A stretch of DNA of 64,000 nt, from assembly GCA_002366835.1 (NCBI GenBank), contig DFBZ01000018.1:12425-76424 (forward strand), read 5' to 3'. Every line of letters starts with the position of its first letter. Position 1 is the first letter of the stretch. The notes below the pieces were generated by a model, which had not been told where the DNA came from, made no database searches, and saw nothing but the letters and a program-made list of their open reading frames with translations. A program made the translations under genes and the position numbers. Shown here piece by piece: positions 20,123-29,806 of the stretch. This DNA comes from Gammaproteobacteria bacterium UBA3067. Lineage in GTDB: Bacteria; Pseudomonadota; Gammaproteobacteria; Pseudomonadales; UBA3067.

Positions 20123-21352
20123 ATGGCAAAAACATCCCTTGATCGAAGTAAAATCCGCGTCTTGCTGCTGGAAGGCGTTCACAACTCAGCCGTTGATTCA
20201 CTCAAGGCGAACGGTTATTCGAATATCGAATACCTGAAAACCTCCCTGCCCGATGAGGAACTAAAGCAAAAACTCGCCACGGCCCACATAGTAGGTATTC
20301 GCTCTCGCACCCAGCTCACCGAAGAAGTCCTTGCTGAAGCCAACAAGCTCATCGCGATTGGGTGTTTTTGTATTGGTACCAATCAAGTTGACCTGGGCGC
20401 CGCGCTATTCAAAGGCGTCCCTGTTTTTAATGCGCCCTTCTCCAACACCCGCAGTGTTGCCGAGCTGGTGCTGGCCGAAGCCATCATGCTGATGCGCGGC
20501 ATTCCCGAAAAGAGTGCACTGGCCCATCGCGGCGTATGGCGCAAGTCTGCCAGCAATTCCTTTGAAGTGCGCGGCAAAACTCTCGGCATTGTAGGCTACG
20601 GCAATATCGGCTCTCAGCTTAGCGTTATGGCGGAATCCATTGGCATGAAAGTAAAATTCTGCGATATCGAGAACAAGCTGCCGCTGGGGAACGCCGAACA
20701 AGTGAGCAACCTCAATGAGCTACTCGCCATCAGTGATATCGTGACCCTGCATGTACCCGAAACGGCATCCACCAAAAACATGATCGCCGCTGAGCAGCTT
20801 TCAGCCATGAAAGACAAAAGCGTACTTATCAATGCCTCACGGGGAACAGTGGTAGATATTCAAGCCCTAAGCGAAGCTTTAAAATCCCAAAAACTACTCG
20901 GTGCGGCCATTGATGTATTCCCCACCGAACCACGCAGCAATGATGATGAGTTTGTGTCTGAACTTCGGGGCTACGACAACGTTATACTCAGCCCGCACGT
21001 AGGGGGCAGCACCTTGGAAGCACAAGAAAACATTGGCCAAGAAGTGGCTGACAAGCTGGTAAAATACAGCGACACAGGTGCCACCACCACCTCGGTAAAC
21101 TTTCCGGAGGTCACCCTCCCGGCTCACCCTAATAACCACCGCCTACTGCACATTCATAAAAATGTCCCCGGTGTTTTGTCCCAGATTAACGAGATATTCT
21201 CCGCAAACGACATCAACATCTTGGGCCAATACCTGATGACGAATGACAAAATAGGCTATGTGGTCATCGATGTCGATGCAGAATACAGCGAACTGGCGAT
21301 TAAAAAACTGAAGGAAATCGAAGGAACTATTAAAGCGAGAGTATTGTTTTAG
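20123..21352 (+). CDS. serA: D-3-phosphoglycerate dehydrogenase
   Basis: Starts at 'MAKTSLDRSKIRVLLLEGVH' (ATG 20123). NAD motif 'GIVGYGNIGSQL'; 'SPHVGGST'; C-terminal ACT domain. The ORF-track start at 19859 adds 88 codons that overlap the divergent gene. Confidence 0.9.
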   Translation: MAKTSLDRSKIRVLLLEGVHNSAVDSLKANGYSNIEYLKTSLPDEELKQKLATAHIVGIRSRTQLTEEVLAEANKLIAIGCFCIGTNQVDLGAALFKGVPVFNAPFSNTRSVAELVLAEAIMLMRGIPEKSALAHRGVWRKSASNSFEVRGKTLGIVGYGNIGSQLSVMAESIGMKVKFCDIENKLPLGNAEQVSNLNELLAISDIVTLHVPETASTKNMIAAEQLSAMKDKSVLINASRGTVVDIQALSEALKSQKLLGAAIDVFPTEPRSNDDEFVSELRGYDNVILSPHVGGSTLEAQENIGQEVADKLVKYSDTGATTTSVNFPEVTLPAHPNNHRLLHIHKNVPGVLSQINEIFSANDINILGQYLMTNDKIGYVVIDVDAEYSELAIKKLKEIEGTIKARVLF

Positions 21353-21363
21353 CAAATACCAAA

Positions 21364-21394
21364 CTAAGGGTGCATAGCCGCACCCTTAGTTTTC
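21364..21394 (+). terminator. rho-independent terminator after serA
   Basis: 'ctaagggtgc' - loop 'atagcc' - 'gcacccttag', followed by 'tttt'. Confidence 0.65.
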
Positions 21395-21446
21395 AGTGTC
21401 AATAACGATTCAGAAAGCGCTCAAATCTACGCCTAAGCTGAATCGC

Positions 21447-22106
21447 TTATTTAACCATCGCCAGCACCGCACCCACCATCTTGTTAATACCCGTAGACAC
21501 TTCGCTAATGCGTTCAGCCAGCATGTAGGCAGGTGTCGTCACTAACTTATTGGCCTCATCAATCACAATATCATCCGCCGCACAGTTTTGATGCCTTGCC
21601 CCCATTTCGTCAATGGCGCTGGCCGTCGCCTCATCATTACCGATGGTGCACACCACACCCTCTCCAAACAAGCTCTCCGACATCACCGGAGATATACACG
21701 CAAGCCCTACAGGGCAACCCGCGTTATGCAAAGCCTGAATAAATATCTGCACCTGCTCATTAACACTCATATCCGCCCCCTTCAGGGCAAAATCACAGAG
21801 GTTTTTCGCCACACCGAAGCCGCCCGGCACAATCACCGCATCGTAATCGCCAGGAACAGCATCCACAAGATCGAGCACTTTGCCACGAGCAATACGTGCT
21901 GACTCTACCAATACGTTACGCTGCTCATCCGTCTCTTGGCCTGTGAGGTGATTAATAACATGCATTTGATTAATGTTCGGAGCCAAGCACTGGTATTCTG
22001 CCCCCGCCTGATCTAAAGCGAGTAGAGTGAAGGTGCTTTCTTGGATTTCGCCGCCATCAAATACGCCACAACCTGAAAGAATTACTGCTACTTTAGTCAT
22101 TGTCAC
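21447..22106 (-). CDS. elbB: ElbB-type DJ-1/PfpI family glyoxalase
   Basis: 'KVAVILSGCGVFDGGEIQE', 'APN', 'DAVIVPGGFGVAKNL' match ElbB. Confidence 0.8.
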   Translation of the reverse strand: MTMTKVAVILSGCGVFDGGEIQESTFTLLALDQAGAEYQCLAPNINQMHVINHLTGQETDEQRNVLVESARIARGKVLDLVDAVPGDYDAVIVPGGFGVAKNLCDFALKGADMSVNEQVQIFIQALHNAGCPVGLACISPVMSESLFGEGVVCTIGNDEATASAIDEMGARHQNCAADDIVIDEANKLVTTPAYMLAERISEVSTGINKMVGAVLAMVK

Positions 22107-22331
22107 TCTCCTTAGATTTCAACTGCTTTAAACAATTCCGAGTTCAAAGTACGGACTGATCGGTAATATAAAGGCCAAACTCTACCGTGAAAGCCGACCA
22201 CCGGAAAGGCTTATCAGATTTTTTCTCAAAGAAGGAAGCCCCCAAGCAGGCTTCCAATAAGGCTTTCGTTTAAAACCTGTTGTATACTTGAACAAATTAC
22301 ACACAAGATAAGGCTCCGGAAACAGGGACTC

Positions 22332-23117
22332 ATGAGCAAAGACAATTTAACCATTCGCATTGCCATCAACAAACCAACTCCCCCGGAACCCATAGCACCG
22401 AAGAAAAAGCCCTTCCTCCCCCTTCTGGCCGTAACCCTATTGATCCCCGCTCTCGCCTTAGGCCTATACCAAACAATAAAGCCAGAGAGCACACCCACCG
22501 CACCAATAACATCCCCTCTCGCTCTCAATGAGCCAACAATTTATAGGAACGATTCGAAAACTGGCTTACCCACCACTCCCGTTTCGACAACCAATGTAAA
22601 GCACGCAAAGAAACTTGACACCCCCTTCTCCTCCTTACCCCTCCAGCCTCCGCCGGGCAAAATACTTACATCTAGACCCCAAGAGGTTTCCAGCGGCCAC
22701 CACGACACCGCAGCCGATGCAAAAACAACAGAAGAAAAAGGAGAAAACAAGCAGGCAGCGGCAAAACAGTTAATTCATGCCTTACCGCCTTTTTTACAAC
22801 GCGCCCAACTCAGTATGGGAATAAACAAAAGAGAACCCCAGGACTCCCTCTCCTCCCAAGTGACCCTTAGCGAACTGCCAGAAAACCGTCTTTATATGTT
22901 CACAGAATTACGAGGCAAAAGCGGGAAAACTATCCACCACCGCTGGTCATATGAAGACAAAGTAATAGCAAATATACCCATAAAGGTAGGAGGGGATTAC
23001 TGGCGCTGTTATTCCAGCAAATACGTCAATGAAAACTTTCTAGGGAAATGGATCGTTGAAATCACCGATGATCAGGGCAAGGTTCTTTATACACAAGCAT
23101 TCAACCTAAAGAGCTAA
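22332..23117 (+). CDS. membrane-anchored protein with C-terminal DUF2914-like domain
   Basis: N-terminal TM 'LLAVTLLIPALALGLY', a P/T-rich linker, and a C-terminus 'RLYMFTELRGKSGKTIHHRWSYEDKV...YWRCYSSKYV...GKWIVEITDDQGKVL' resembling DUF2914. Confidence 0.55.
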   Translation: MSKDNLTIRIAINKPTPPEPIAPKKKPFLPLLAVTLLIPALALGLYQTIKPESTPTAPITSPLALNEPTIYRNDSKTGLPTTPVSTTNVKHAKKLDTPFSSLPLQPPPGKILTSRPQEVSSGHHDTAADAKTTEEKGENKQAAAKQLIHALPPFLQRAQLSMGINKREPQDSLSSQVTLSELPENRLYMFTELRGKSGKTIHHRWSYEDKVIANIPIKVGGDYWRCYSSKYVNENFLGKWIVEITDDQGKVLYTQAFNLKS

Positions 23118-23327
23118 TGCTGAAAACCGTGACATATCAATCTAGAGCTAAAAAAAAACCAACAAGCCCACCAACTGAAGCTTCGCTCATTTAAAAAGCT
23201 TATATCGTTTCAAAGGCTTCAATTGATGCGACCCCACTTGCTCAGCCAATTTAACCTCGGCTTCACACAGCAGTGTGTGAGACTCTGCCTGCAATGTCGC
23301 ACTTCAAGCTTGAACTACGAACAATAA

Positions 23328-23368
23328 AGGCGCTGTATATTAGCAGACTAGATTGCTATACAGCGCCT
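23328..23368 (-). terminator. hairpin downstream of the GMC oxidoreductase gene
   Basis: 'aggcgctgtata' (23328-23339) pairs with 'tatacagcgcct' (23357-23368). On the minus strand the stem is followed by 'tttatt'. Confidence 0.45.
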
Positions 23369-23405
23369 CGTCCTTCCTCACTAGAGTGAAGAAGAGCCAG
23401 AACTT

Positions 23406-24929
23406 TTAACGCTTTCCAGCTTCTCCACGACTGATAATACCTTCCGCAACATGAGAAGCCCATGCAGCAATAGGCATTGACGGTGGGCCGCCGGGTGACG
23501 CAGGCAAAGCTGCGCCATCAGTAACATACAGCCCTGGGTTATCAAAAACCTCCCCTTCTGCATTAATTACACCAGATTCAATACTGGAGCCAAGGTGTGC
23601 GCCCCCGCAGGTATGAACGGTGAAGTTGATGGGCAAGCGATAAATTTTCTTAGCGCTTTTTTGCTCAGCAATATCCATACAACGATTAATATCATCAAAT
23701 ATCTTACTATTAGATGCATCATAATCAATGCTGAGACGGCCTTGCTTATAACTCGCCACACCATCGCAAGCATCCTGCCCCATACCGGCAAGGATAACCC
23801 CCTCGGAAAGTTTTGTTTTAATGGATGCTGGCAATGGAACATGCTGCAAACCAGGAATACCACAAGCTATAGTGTAAGTATCCTCTTCACCCTTAATTCC
23901 GATAGGGCCATGTATAGGCAAACCCTTCGAATAATCCTTTCCTTCATCCTGCAAAGCCCAATAACCACCGTGGTCACCGTTGGTGCCAATATTTTTCCCC
24001 AACTGAGGCATACCGCTTAAGCCTTTAGCAACGTCTCTGCTATGGAAAAGCAGCTTGTTGGTATTTAACGCACCAGCAGCAAGAATCACTTTTCGACTAT
24101 AAAACTCACGCTCTATGGAATTAGCAAGATCCATCACCTTTACGCAGTAAAGCGTGCCCTCGCCATTTTCAATGCGGTTGATGCTAGTCACCTGACAAAG
24201 ATCCTTAACTACCAAGCCATCTTTAATTGCCTCGGCCAAGTAGATAAAGTCCAAGCTGCTTTTCGCGCCAGAGGGTGAACCCAAAAAGCTATCATCATCA
24301 TAGCTGGACTCCCAACGCTGAACACCCGCCTCCGTATTAACAATTTTTGGTTGGCCCGGTGTTTCAGGGAACTGAATCCCATTTGCTGGCTCATCATGAT
24401 TATTTTTATCAGTGAATAATTCACTGTCAGCAAATAGTTCAGCGGTAGTATTGGGCACCTTGTCTTCGGGTGTCTTTTTCCGAGAAGCAAATTTCTCCAT
24501 CACCTCAACATAGTGACGTTCCATGGTTTCATCACTCAAACCTTCAGCATAACCATCCCAAAAATTGGGCACCGTCGCTCGCTGATGCAAACCACTGTAG
24601 GCGTGGGAGCCACCACCAACACCAGAAGTACAGGCCGTAATCAGCCCCTTGTGATGAAAAGCTTCAAAAAGCCCATACTTATTAACAGTCATGCCCTTCT
24701 TGGGCATATAACCGGCGTGAAATGTGCGTAAAACGTGGGAATAGAGTTTCCACCCGTGAGGATAGCTCGCGCGATCACTAATACCCATGGACTTAACGGG
24801 TAAAGAGTTCCGCCAAGGCCCGCGCTCTAACAACGTCACGCTGTAACCAGCTTTCACTAACTTTTGAGCAGGAATGGAGCCGCCAAAGCCACTACCAATC
24901 ACAACAAAATCATCAATATCTTTTTTCAT
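23406..24929 (-). CDS. GMC-family FAD oxidoreductase (cholesterol-oxidase-like), paralogue 1
   Basis: 'VVIGSGFGGSIPAQKLVKAGYSVTLLERG' (GxGxxG) and C-terminal 'HTCGGAHLG...VFDNPGLYVTDGAALP'. Confidence 0.8.
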   Translation of the reverse strand: MKKDIDDFVVIGSGFGGSIPAQKLVKAGYSVTLLERGPWRNSLPVKSMGISDRASYPHGWKLYSHVLRTFHAGYMPKKGMTVNKYGLFEAFHHKGLITACTSGVGGGSHAYSGLHQRATVPNFWDGYAEGLSDETMERHYVEVMEKFASRKKTPEDKVPNTTAELFADSELFTDKNNHDEPANGIQFPETPGQPKIVNTEAGVQRWESSYDDDSFLGSPSGAKSSLDFIYLAEAIKDGLVVKDLCQVTSINRIENGEGTLYCVKVMDLANSIEREFYSRKVILAAGALNTNKLLFHSRDVAKGLSGMPQLGKNIGTNGDHGGYWALQDEGKDYSKGLPIHGPIGIKGEEDTYTIACGIPGLQHVPLPASIKTKLSEGVILAGMGQDACDGVASYKQGRLSIDYDASNSKIFDDINRCMDIAEQKSAKKIYRLPINFTVHTCGGAHLGSSIESGVINAEGEVFDNPGLYVTDGAALPASPGGPPSMPIAAWASHVAEGIISRGEAGKR

Positions 24930-25034
24930 TTTATAGCCCTACGATAGAACATTTTCATTATTATTTTGTGAAACGACTGCAGCGAATTATCAACTAAAGT
25001 GCCGCTCACGCGGCACAAAAAAACACCGAGAATA

Positions 25035-25445
25035 TCAATTACCCATCTGTCGATTTAAATAACGCTGAGGATGAAGGTGATAAGCAACTGCAGCCAAAAT
25101 AAACATCATTGGAATATCAGCCATCAGATGAGTCATTTCATTGTCCACTGCAAACGCATCATAGAGCATGACTGCGCCATGTAAAATACTCGATATAATG
25201 GTGTAATCAATAATAATTGCATTCTTTAGCGGATCAAATGAACCTTTAATCAAACAAATCCCTAGGCCTAAATAGAGCGCAATAATCATATGCTCATAGG
25301 GCGTATTTACACCGGGATTTACCCAGCGAAATCCTGCCGGCCAGACATCATACGCAAAAGGCATGGATACAATCAGGCCGATACCCAGTATTAGCATAAA
25401 TCGCGATGGAATTTTCATTGATACATTATCTGTAGAATCATTCAT
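25035..25445 (-). CDS. small 4-TM membrane protein, unknown function
   Basis: 136 aa with four hydrophobic segments. Located between the two GMC paralogues on the same strand. Confidence 0.5.
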   Translation of the reverse strand: MNDSTDNVSMKIPSRFMLILGIGLIVSMPFAYDVWPAGFRWVNPGVNTPYEHMIIALYLGLGICLIKGSFDPLKNAIIIDYTIISSILHGAVMLYDAFAVDNEMTHLMADIPMMFILAAVAYHLHPQRYLNRQMGN

Positions 25446-25512
25446 AAGTTAAACTCTGCTTTAGTAAGACCGCTGCACAAGCGCAGATTTACGCCTATGC
25501 CAAGATCTCTAT

Positions 25513-27081
25513 TTAATTAGTCTGTTTTTTTCTGCCAGCACGCTGGCTACGCGAGGTAGACCTAGATCGCGTCGTTTTTTTTACGGCTGAACCTGAACCA
25601 CTTTTTAGCAACTGATCCCCAATAAATGAAGACCACGCAGCAACCGTCATTGACGGTGGACTACCTGCCGGCCCTGGCAACGAACTCGAGTCACAAACAT
25701 AAAGGCCAGGGTTATCAAATACCTCGCCGTTATATGCAACCACTCCATCCTTTATTGTTTGAGCCATTCTCGCACCCCCACATTGATGTACCGTTAAAGG
25801 CGTAGAAAACATCGACACCTTATTACCAGTAATTCCTTTTATTCTTTCAAAGGCTTTATCGAAATCTGAGAAAATACTGCTATTGCTAGCATTATAGTCG
25901 ATCTCCAGTCGCCCCTTGGTAAAGTATGCTAAACCATCGGCCACATCTTCTCCCATACCTGTAAATGAAGCATATTCAGACAGCTTTCGCTTCAATATAG
26001 CAGGCACTTTTAATTGATCTATACCCGCCATAGGCCCGTACAGAAGACAAAGATTCATTGGGTCTTCAGAAAACTCAACGCCGCTAACCCAGCCACTGGT
26101 ATCATTCCCAGTTTGTTTGTTTAGTTTCCATGCGCCGAAACAATCACCATTACTGCCAACACCACGCCCCAAGTTAGGCATACCTTGAAGGCCGCCCGAT
26201 TCACGGCTCTGGAAAAGAATGCGTAGGGAGTTAAGTGTTCCTGCAGAAAGAATGACCTTTTTTGCTTTCAGAACTCGTACTTTTTTAGTTCGAAGATCTT
26301 TTACACTGACTTCATAGCGGCTTTCTTTACCCTCGGAAATTCGTCGAATATCCAAAGCCTCATGCAGATCCAATACTTTTAGGCCCTTATTAATTGCTTC
26401 TGCAAGATAAACAAAGTCCAAGGTACTTTTGGCGCCATCTTCCGAACCAAGAAAGTGCATCCCACCCCAGTCCACTTCTTTTCGCTCAACACCGTCGCTC
26501 TGGGTAACATGCTGGGGCTGCCCTGGCACTTTTGGTAATAACATTCCCGCAGCAGGGTTAGTAGCTTCACTCTTTTTTAACTCAGGCGTGTCAGCAAAGA
26601 CATCTTCAGTCGTATTAGGCACTTGGTCTTTTTCTGTCGGTATGCGCGACCCAAATCTCGATAATACGGACTCATAATAAGCGTCCATATCACGAGAATT
26701 AATTTCTTCACAATGTCCATCCCAATAATCGTCACGCAAGGGTTTAGCATGTAAGCCCCCATAAACATGGCTACCACCACCTACACCGGATGAGCACACC
26801 ATGTTCAAACCTTTTTGAAAGGACATCTCAAACAGGCCATTTTTATTAACTGTTAGTCCTTTTTTAGGCAAGAAAGGCAGATGTACAGTTCTCAGGGCGT
26901 GGCTATAAAGCTTACTTCCTTGGGGGAAAGGAGCGCGATCGGCAATCCCCATAGAGCGCGTTGGCAAACTGTCTCGCCATGGCCCTCGCTCCAGTAGTGA
27001 GACATTTGCACCACTTAAGGCCAGTTTATGGGCAACAATACTGCCCCCGAAACCACTACCAATTACCAAAAAGTCATCCAT
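25513..27081 (-). CDS. GMC-family FAD oxidoreductase, paralogue 2 (basic C-terminal tail)
   Basis: 'LVIGSGFGGSIVAHKLALSGANVSLLERG' and 'HQCGGARMA...VFDNPGLYVCDSSSLP'. Collinear with paralogue 1 along its full length. Extra 'KKTTRSRSTSRSQRAGRKKQTN' tail. Confidence 0.8.
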   Translation of the reverse strand: MDDFLVIGSGFGGSIVAHKLALSGANVSLLERGPWRDSLPTRSMGIADRAPFPQGSKLYSHALRTVHLPFLPKKGLTVNKNGLFEMSFQKGLNMVCSSGVGGGSHVYGGLHAKPLRDDYWDGHCEEINSRDMDAYYESVLSRFGSRIPTEKDQVPNTTEDVFADTPELKKSEATNPAAGMLLPKVPGQPQHVTQSDGVERKEVDWGGMHFLGSEDGAKSTLDFVYLAEAINKGLKVLDLHEALDIRRISEGKESRYEVSVKDLRTKKVRVLKAKKVILSAGTLNSLRILFQSRESGGLQGMPNLGRGVGSNGDCFGAWKLNKQTGNDTSGWVSGVEFSEDPMNLCLLYGPMAGIDQLKVPAILKRKLSEYASFTGMGEDVADGLAYFTKGRLEIDYNASNSSIFSDFDKAFERIKGITGNKVSMFSTPLTVHQCGGARMAQTIKDGVVAYNGEVFDNPGLYVCDSSSLPGPAGSPPSMTVAAWSSFIGDQLLKSGSGSAVKKTTRSRSTSRSQRAGRKKQTN

Positions 27082-27862
27082 TATCTTCTCTCATTCAGTT
27101 CAAATTAATCGCTACCCCCTGTATAGAAGTGCCACTAACACATATCCGCCTATGCTCCGAGGGCAAAGCAGAAGCTTACATAAATGCCTAGCATAGGCTT
27201 CAATATGTAGTTAGCGCCTATTCAGTTGTTCGCCTGACTAAAACTTATTCTTGAATAGAGCACTAAAAGTTAAGTAAGTGATGATTTCATTTATTATCAG
27301 CAGTTTGCTGACTGCCCACAAGTACGCAAAATGCCAATATAGAGCCGTATTTGCCAAAGTCACATAAAAGTGAAGCAAACTTCTATTTAGCATCGGGTTA
27401 CTGATTGCGCTAGGCACCCCTTGATATGTTTTCTATAACGAGCACCTCTTGAAGCCCTGTTAATGAGCGCACCGTAACGCTGCATTTCAATGGAAACTAA
27501 AGAGAGCGCACGCATATGCTGGAGGACACCCCTGTTTGAATCGAGCTATTTTGCGCGCATAGCGAAGAGCTTAAGTGCGTATCTGCTCGATAGAGGATAT
27601 TTTTTACTAACAGAAACCCTAAAACTAAAAGGCTTTTATTAATAGAAAAAACTGAATATAACAGAAAGGACTATTATTTAGCCGAATAGGGTTTTGATAT
27701 TGAATACAACGCCCCAAAATTTGGGCGAAAGAACTAGAATAAGAATTTATGACAAGTAGGCAGGCTGAAACTTATATATTTAAAGAAAAAAGAAGCGCAA
27801 GAAGGTAGCTCGCATCCTTACGCTCTACCTCCCTATACCACTAAAAATATCGACCTACATTT

Positions 27863-28315
27863 TCATATCCAGCGCCGTACCTCAGTTTTGTAGCGCAAAT
27901 ATTCCTCACCAAAGATAGGCTCTAGTATGCGCTCCTCTGGCATTATTTGATATTTCGTGAGTAGTAAAACGAATGCTGGCAGAAGTAAGAAGCCTGAAAA
28001 AGCCCCCAGATAAAAACACCAACCCGTCAGAATAAAAACCATTCCTAGATACATAGGGTTGCGCGTAAAACGATATAAACGATCTGTCACCAACTTGTTT
28101 GCATTTTCTGGCTTTAAGGGATTAATGGTGGTTTTCGATTTTACAAAACCTATAAATGACCAGCCATCAAACAGGAGGCCAATGGCCATCAACAATATCC
28201 CCACAATTTCGAAAAAGCTGCTCTCCCATGCAAAGAAGGGTGCATTATTTTTTAGCAGCCACATTGATAGGAGAAATGCAGCCATATAAATAGGCGGTGG
28301 TATTTTTAATTCCAT
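27863..28315 (-). CDS. isoprenylcysteine carboxyl methyltransferase (ICMT)-family membrane methyltransferase
   Basis: 'YRFTRNPMYLG' and C-terminal 'EERILEPIFGEEYLRYKTEVRRWI' are typical of the ICMT/PEMT family. The start was chosen at 'MELKIPPPIY'; the ORF track starts at 28420. Confidence 0.65.
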   Translation of the reverse strand: MELKIPPPIYMAAFLLSMWLLKNNAPFFAWESSFFEIVGILLMAIGLLFDGWSFIGFVKSKTTINPLKPENANKLVTDRLYRFTRNPMYLGMVFILTGWCFYLGAFSGFLLLPAFVLLLTKYQIMPEERILEPIFGEEYLRYKTEVRRWI

Positions 28316-28671
28316 GGAAGTCGCTTTTTGCTGTATCTCGGATGTTGGCATATTGAAAATTGTTATGAGCTTATAATGAATAGGAATTAATAGGGTAGTC
28401 CAAATTTTTGCGCGATACAATGCTTTTATCTTTTATGTATCTACGCCAAGCGCATCCAGACCAAGAAGGCTTGGCCCAACTCAGGTTGCCGTTGAAACAA
28501 AGAACCAAGCCCTTCCAATGAAAAGCCCCATGAAAATAGGGTCAAACCAACAAGCAATAACCTGAGAAAATATTTGAGGCAATCAACTTAGCCAGAGCAG
28601 CTCTGAATACTCCATAAACTTACACTTCACACTCAGAGCGCCCTAAGCTAATCAATATTTAATGTAGCGCG

Positions 28672-29121
28672 CTAGTAACTTAATGTCTGCACATCATCCT
28701 CCATTAACCTTGATAACGTCGTACTTGAACCACCAATCTTAATACCCTTTAACATGTCAGCCTTATCCACACCGTTGCCTTTCAAGCACATTGGGCAGAC
28801 ATATATCTCACCCCCAGCGCTCATAAATTTATTCATAAGGTCATGAACGGTTTCGCCACGCAACTTTGCCATACCGGCAATAGGAAAACTGCTATCGACA
28901 TAACGTGTGGCACCAAGACTAATGTTAACGAGAACAGGCACCTTATGTATATTTCTCACCATCGTTCCAACGGTAAATGCACGCCTAACCTTAAACAGGT
29001 CGTCACTCGATAAGTCAATAAATAGGCCTTTGCTATCAGCCATCACAGAACCCGAAACAACCATCAGGCATAACACAAAAACAGCAGAAGTTTTTTTGAT
29101 CATATTATTCATAAAAATCAA
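28672..29121 (-). CDS. exported DsrE/DsrF-like fold protein with CPMC motif
   Basis: Signal peptide 'VFVLCLMVVSGSVMA'. The pattern 'GLFIDLSSDD', 'VLVNISLGATRY', 'GGEIYVCPMCLKGNG' and 'IKIGGSST' resembles DsrE-like proteins. Confidence 0.45.
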   Translation of the reverse strand: MIFMNNMIKKTSAVFVLCLMVVSGSVMADSKGLFIDLSSDDLFKVRRAFTVGTMVRNIHKVPVLVNISLGATRYVDSSFPIAGMAKLRGETVHDLMNKFMSAGGEIYVCPMCLKGNGVDKADMLKGIKIGGSSTTLSRLMEDDVQTLSY

Positions 29122-29132
29122 CCCTTATTTAA

Positions 29133-29585
29133 TTATTGCTTAAACTGTGCATGACACGAAACACAGTAAGTCATGGTATTTCCCAAGGCAGCTAACGAGT
29201 TTTTCATATCCCCTTTAGACAGAACCTCACCTAGCTCATCGGCACTTTTGTGAAAACCAATGCCCGTCTTTTTGAAGACTTCATTCTCAAAGCGATTACA
29301 CATTGATTCCATTCCACCCGTTAAGCCCAATTTCTAATGGGCAATTTGCGATGCTCCTTCAAAGTTTTCTTTTCCCAGCTGCACAACGATCTCTTGAACT
29401 GCTGCCAGATGAGCACGCATATTTTTCAGCTGGTGCAGCTTCATCGCGGGCGGCAAGTTTAAGGAAGTTCTATTGTCTGCGCTGTGTTCACCATGATACA
29501 TCGCGTGATGCTTCTTCTCATCTTTTGCTGTGACCACCCCAGCCATCAATAAAAGCAAACCCTCGCCCACGTTTCTTAGCTTCAT
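29133..29585 (-). pseudogene. class II (cytochrome c'-like) c-type cytochrome interrupted by an in-frame TAG
   Basis: Two ORFs (29334-29597 and 29133-29330) are in the same frame and separated by a TAG at 29334-29336 (...QIAH * KLGLTGG...). The joined product is ~150 aa, with a signal peptide and a C-terminal heme motif 'CVSCH' five residues from the end, as in four-helix-bundle class II cytochromes c. Confidence 0.55.
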
Positions 29586-29598
29586 TGTTAGATTCACT

Positions 29599-29630
29599 CC
29601 AAGTCAGTAGAGTTCAAACAGCCTGCTAAG
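29599..29630. repeat. solo terminal fragment of the ~150-bp MITE-like element
   Basis: 'ccaagtcagtagagttcaaacagcctgctaag' versus 'ccaagtcagtagaatttcaacagcctgttaag' at 56546-56577, and versus the reverse complement of the 59214 end. Confidence 0.6.
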
Positions 29631-29806
29631 ACCTCTCTGATTAATCATCGCAAGGCCCCTTTTTCATATAGAGAATAACCCTACATGACTTTTACTTTAT
29701 ACTTGGGGATGAACCTTTGTAATTGATAAAACGCAATTTGAAAAAGTAAGCAGTGAGGCAAATTGTCGCAGTCAAAGCTATCTTTTCTGGGGAGATTTAA
29801 TGCTCT

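Noticed and set aside
29638-29647. Perfect palindrome 'tgattaatca' upstream of the cytochrome gene, considered as an FNR box
   Set aside because: The half-site spacing (2 nt) does not fit the TTGAT-N4-ATCAA consensus. The nearby 'TTGATaaaaCGCAA' matches only one half-site well.
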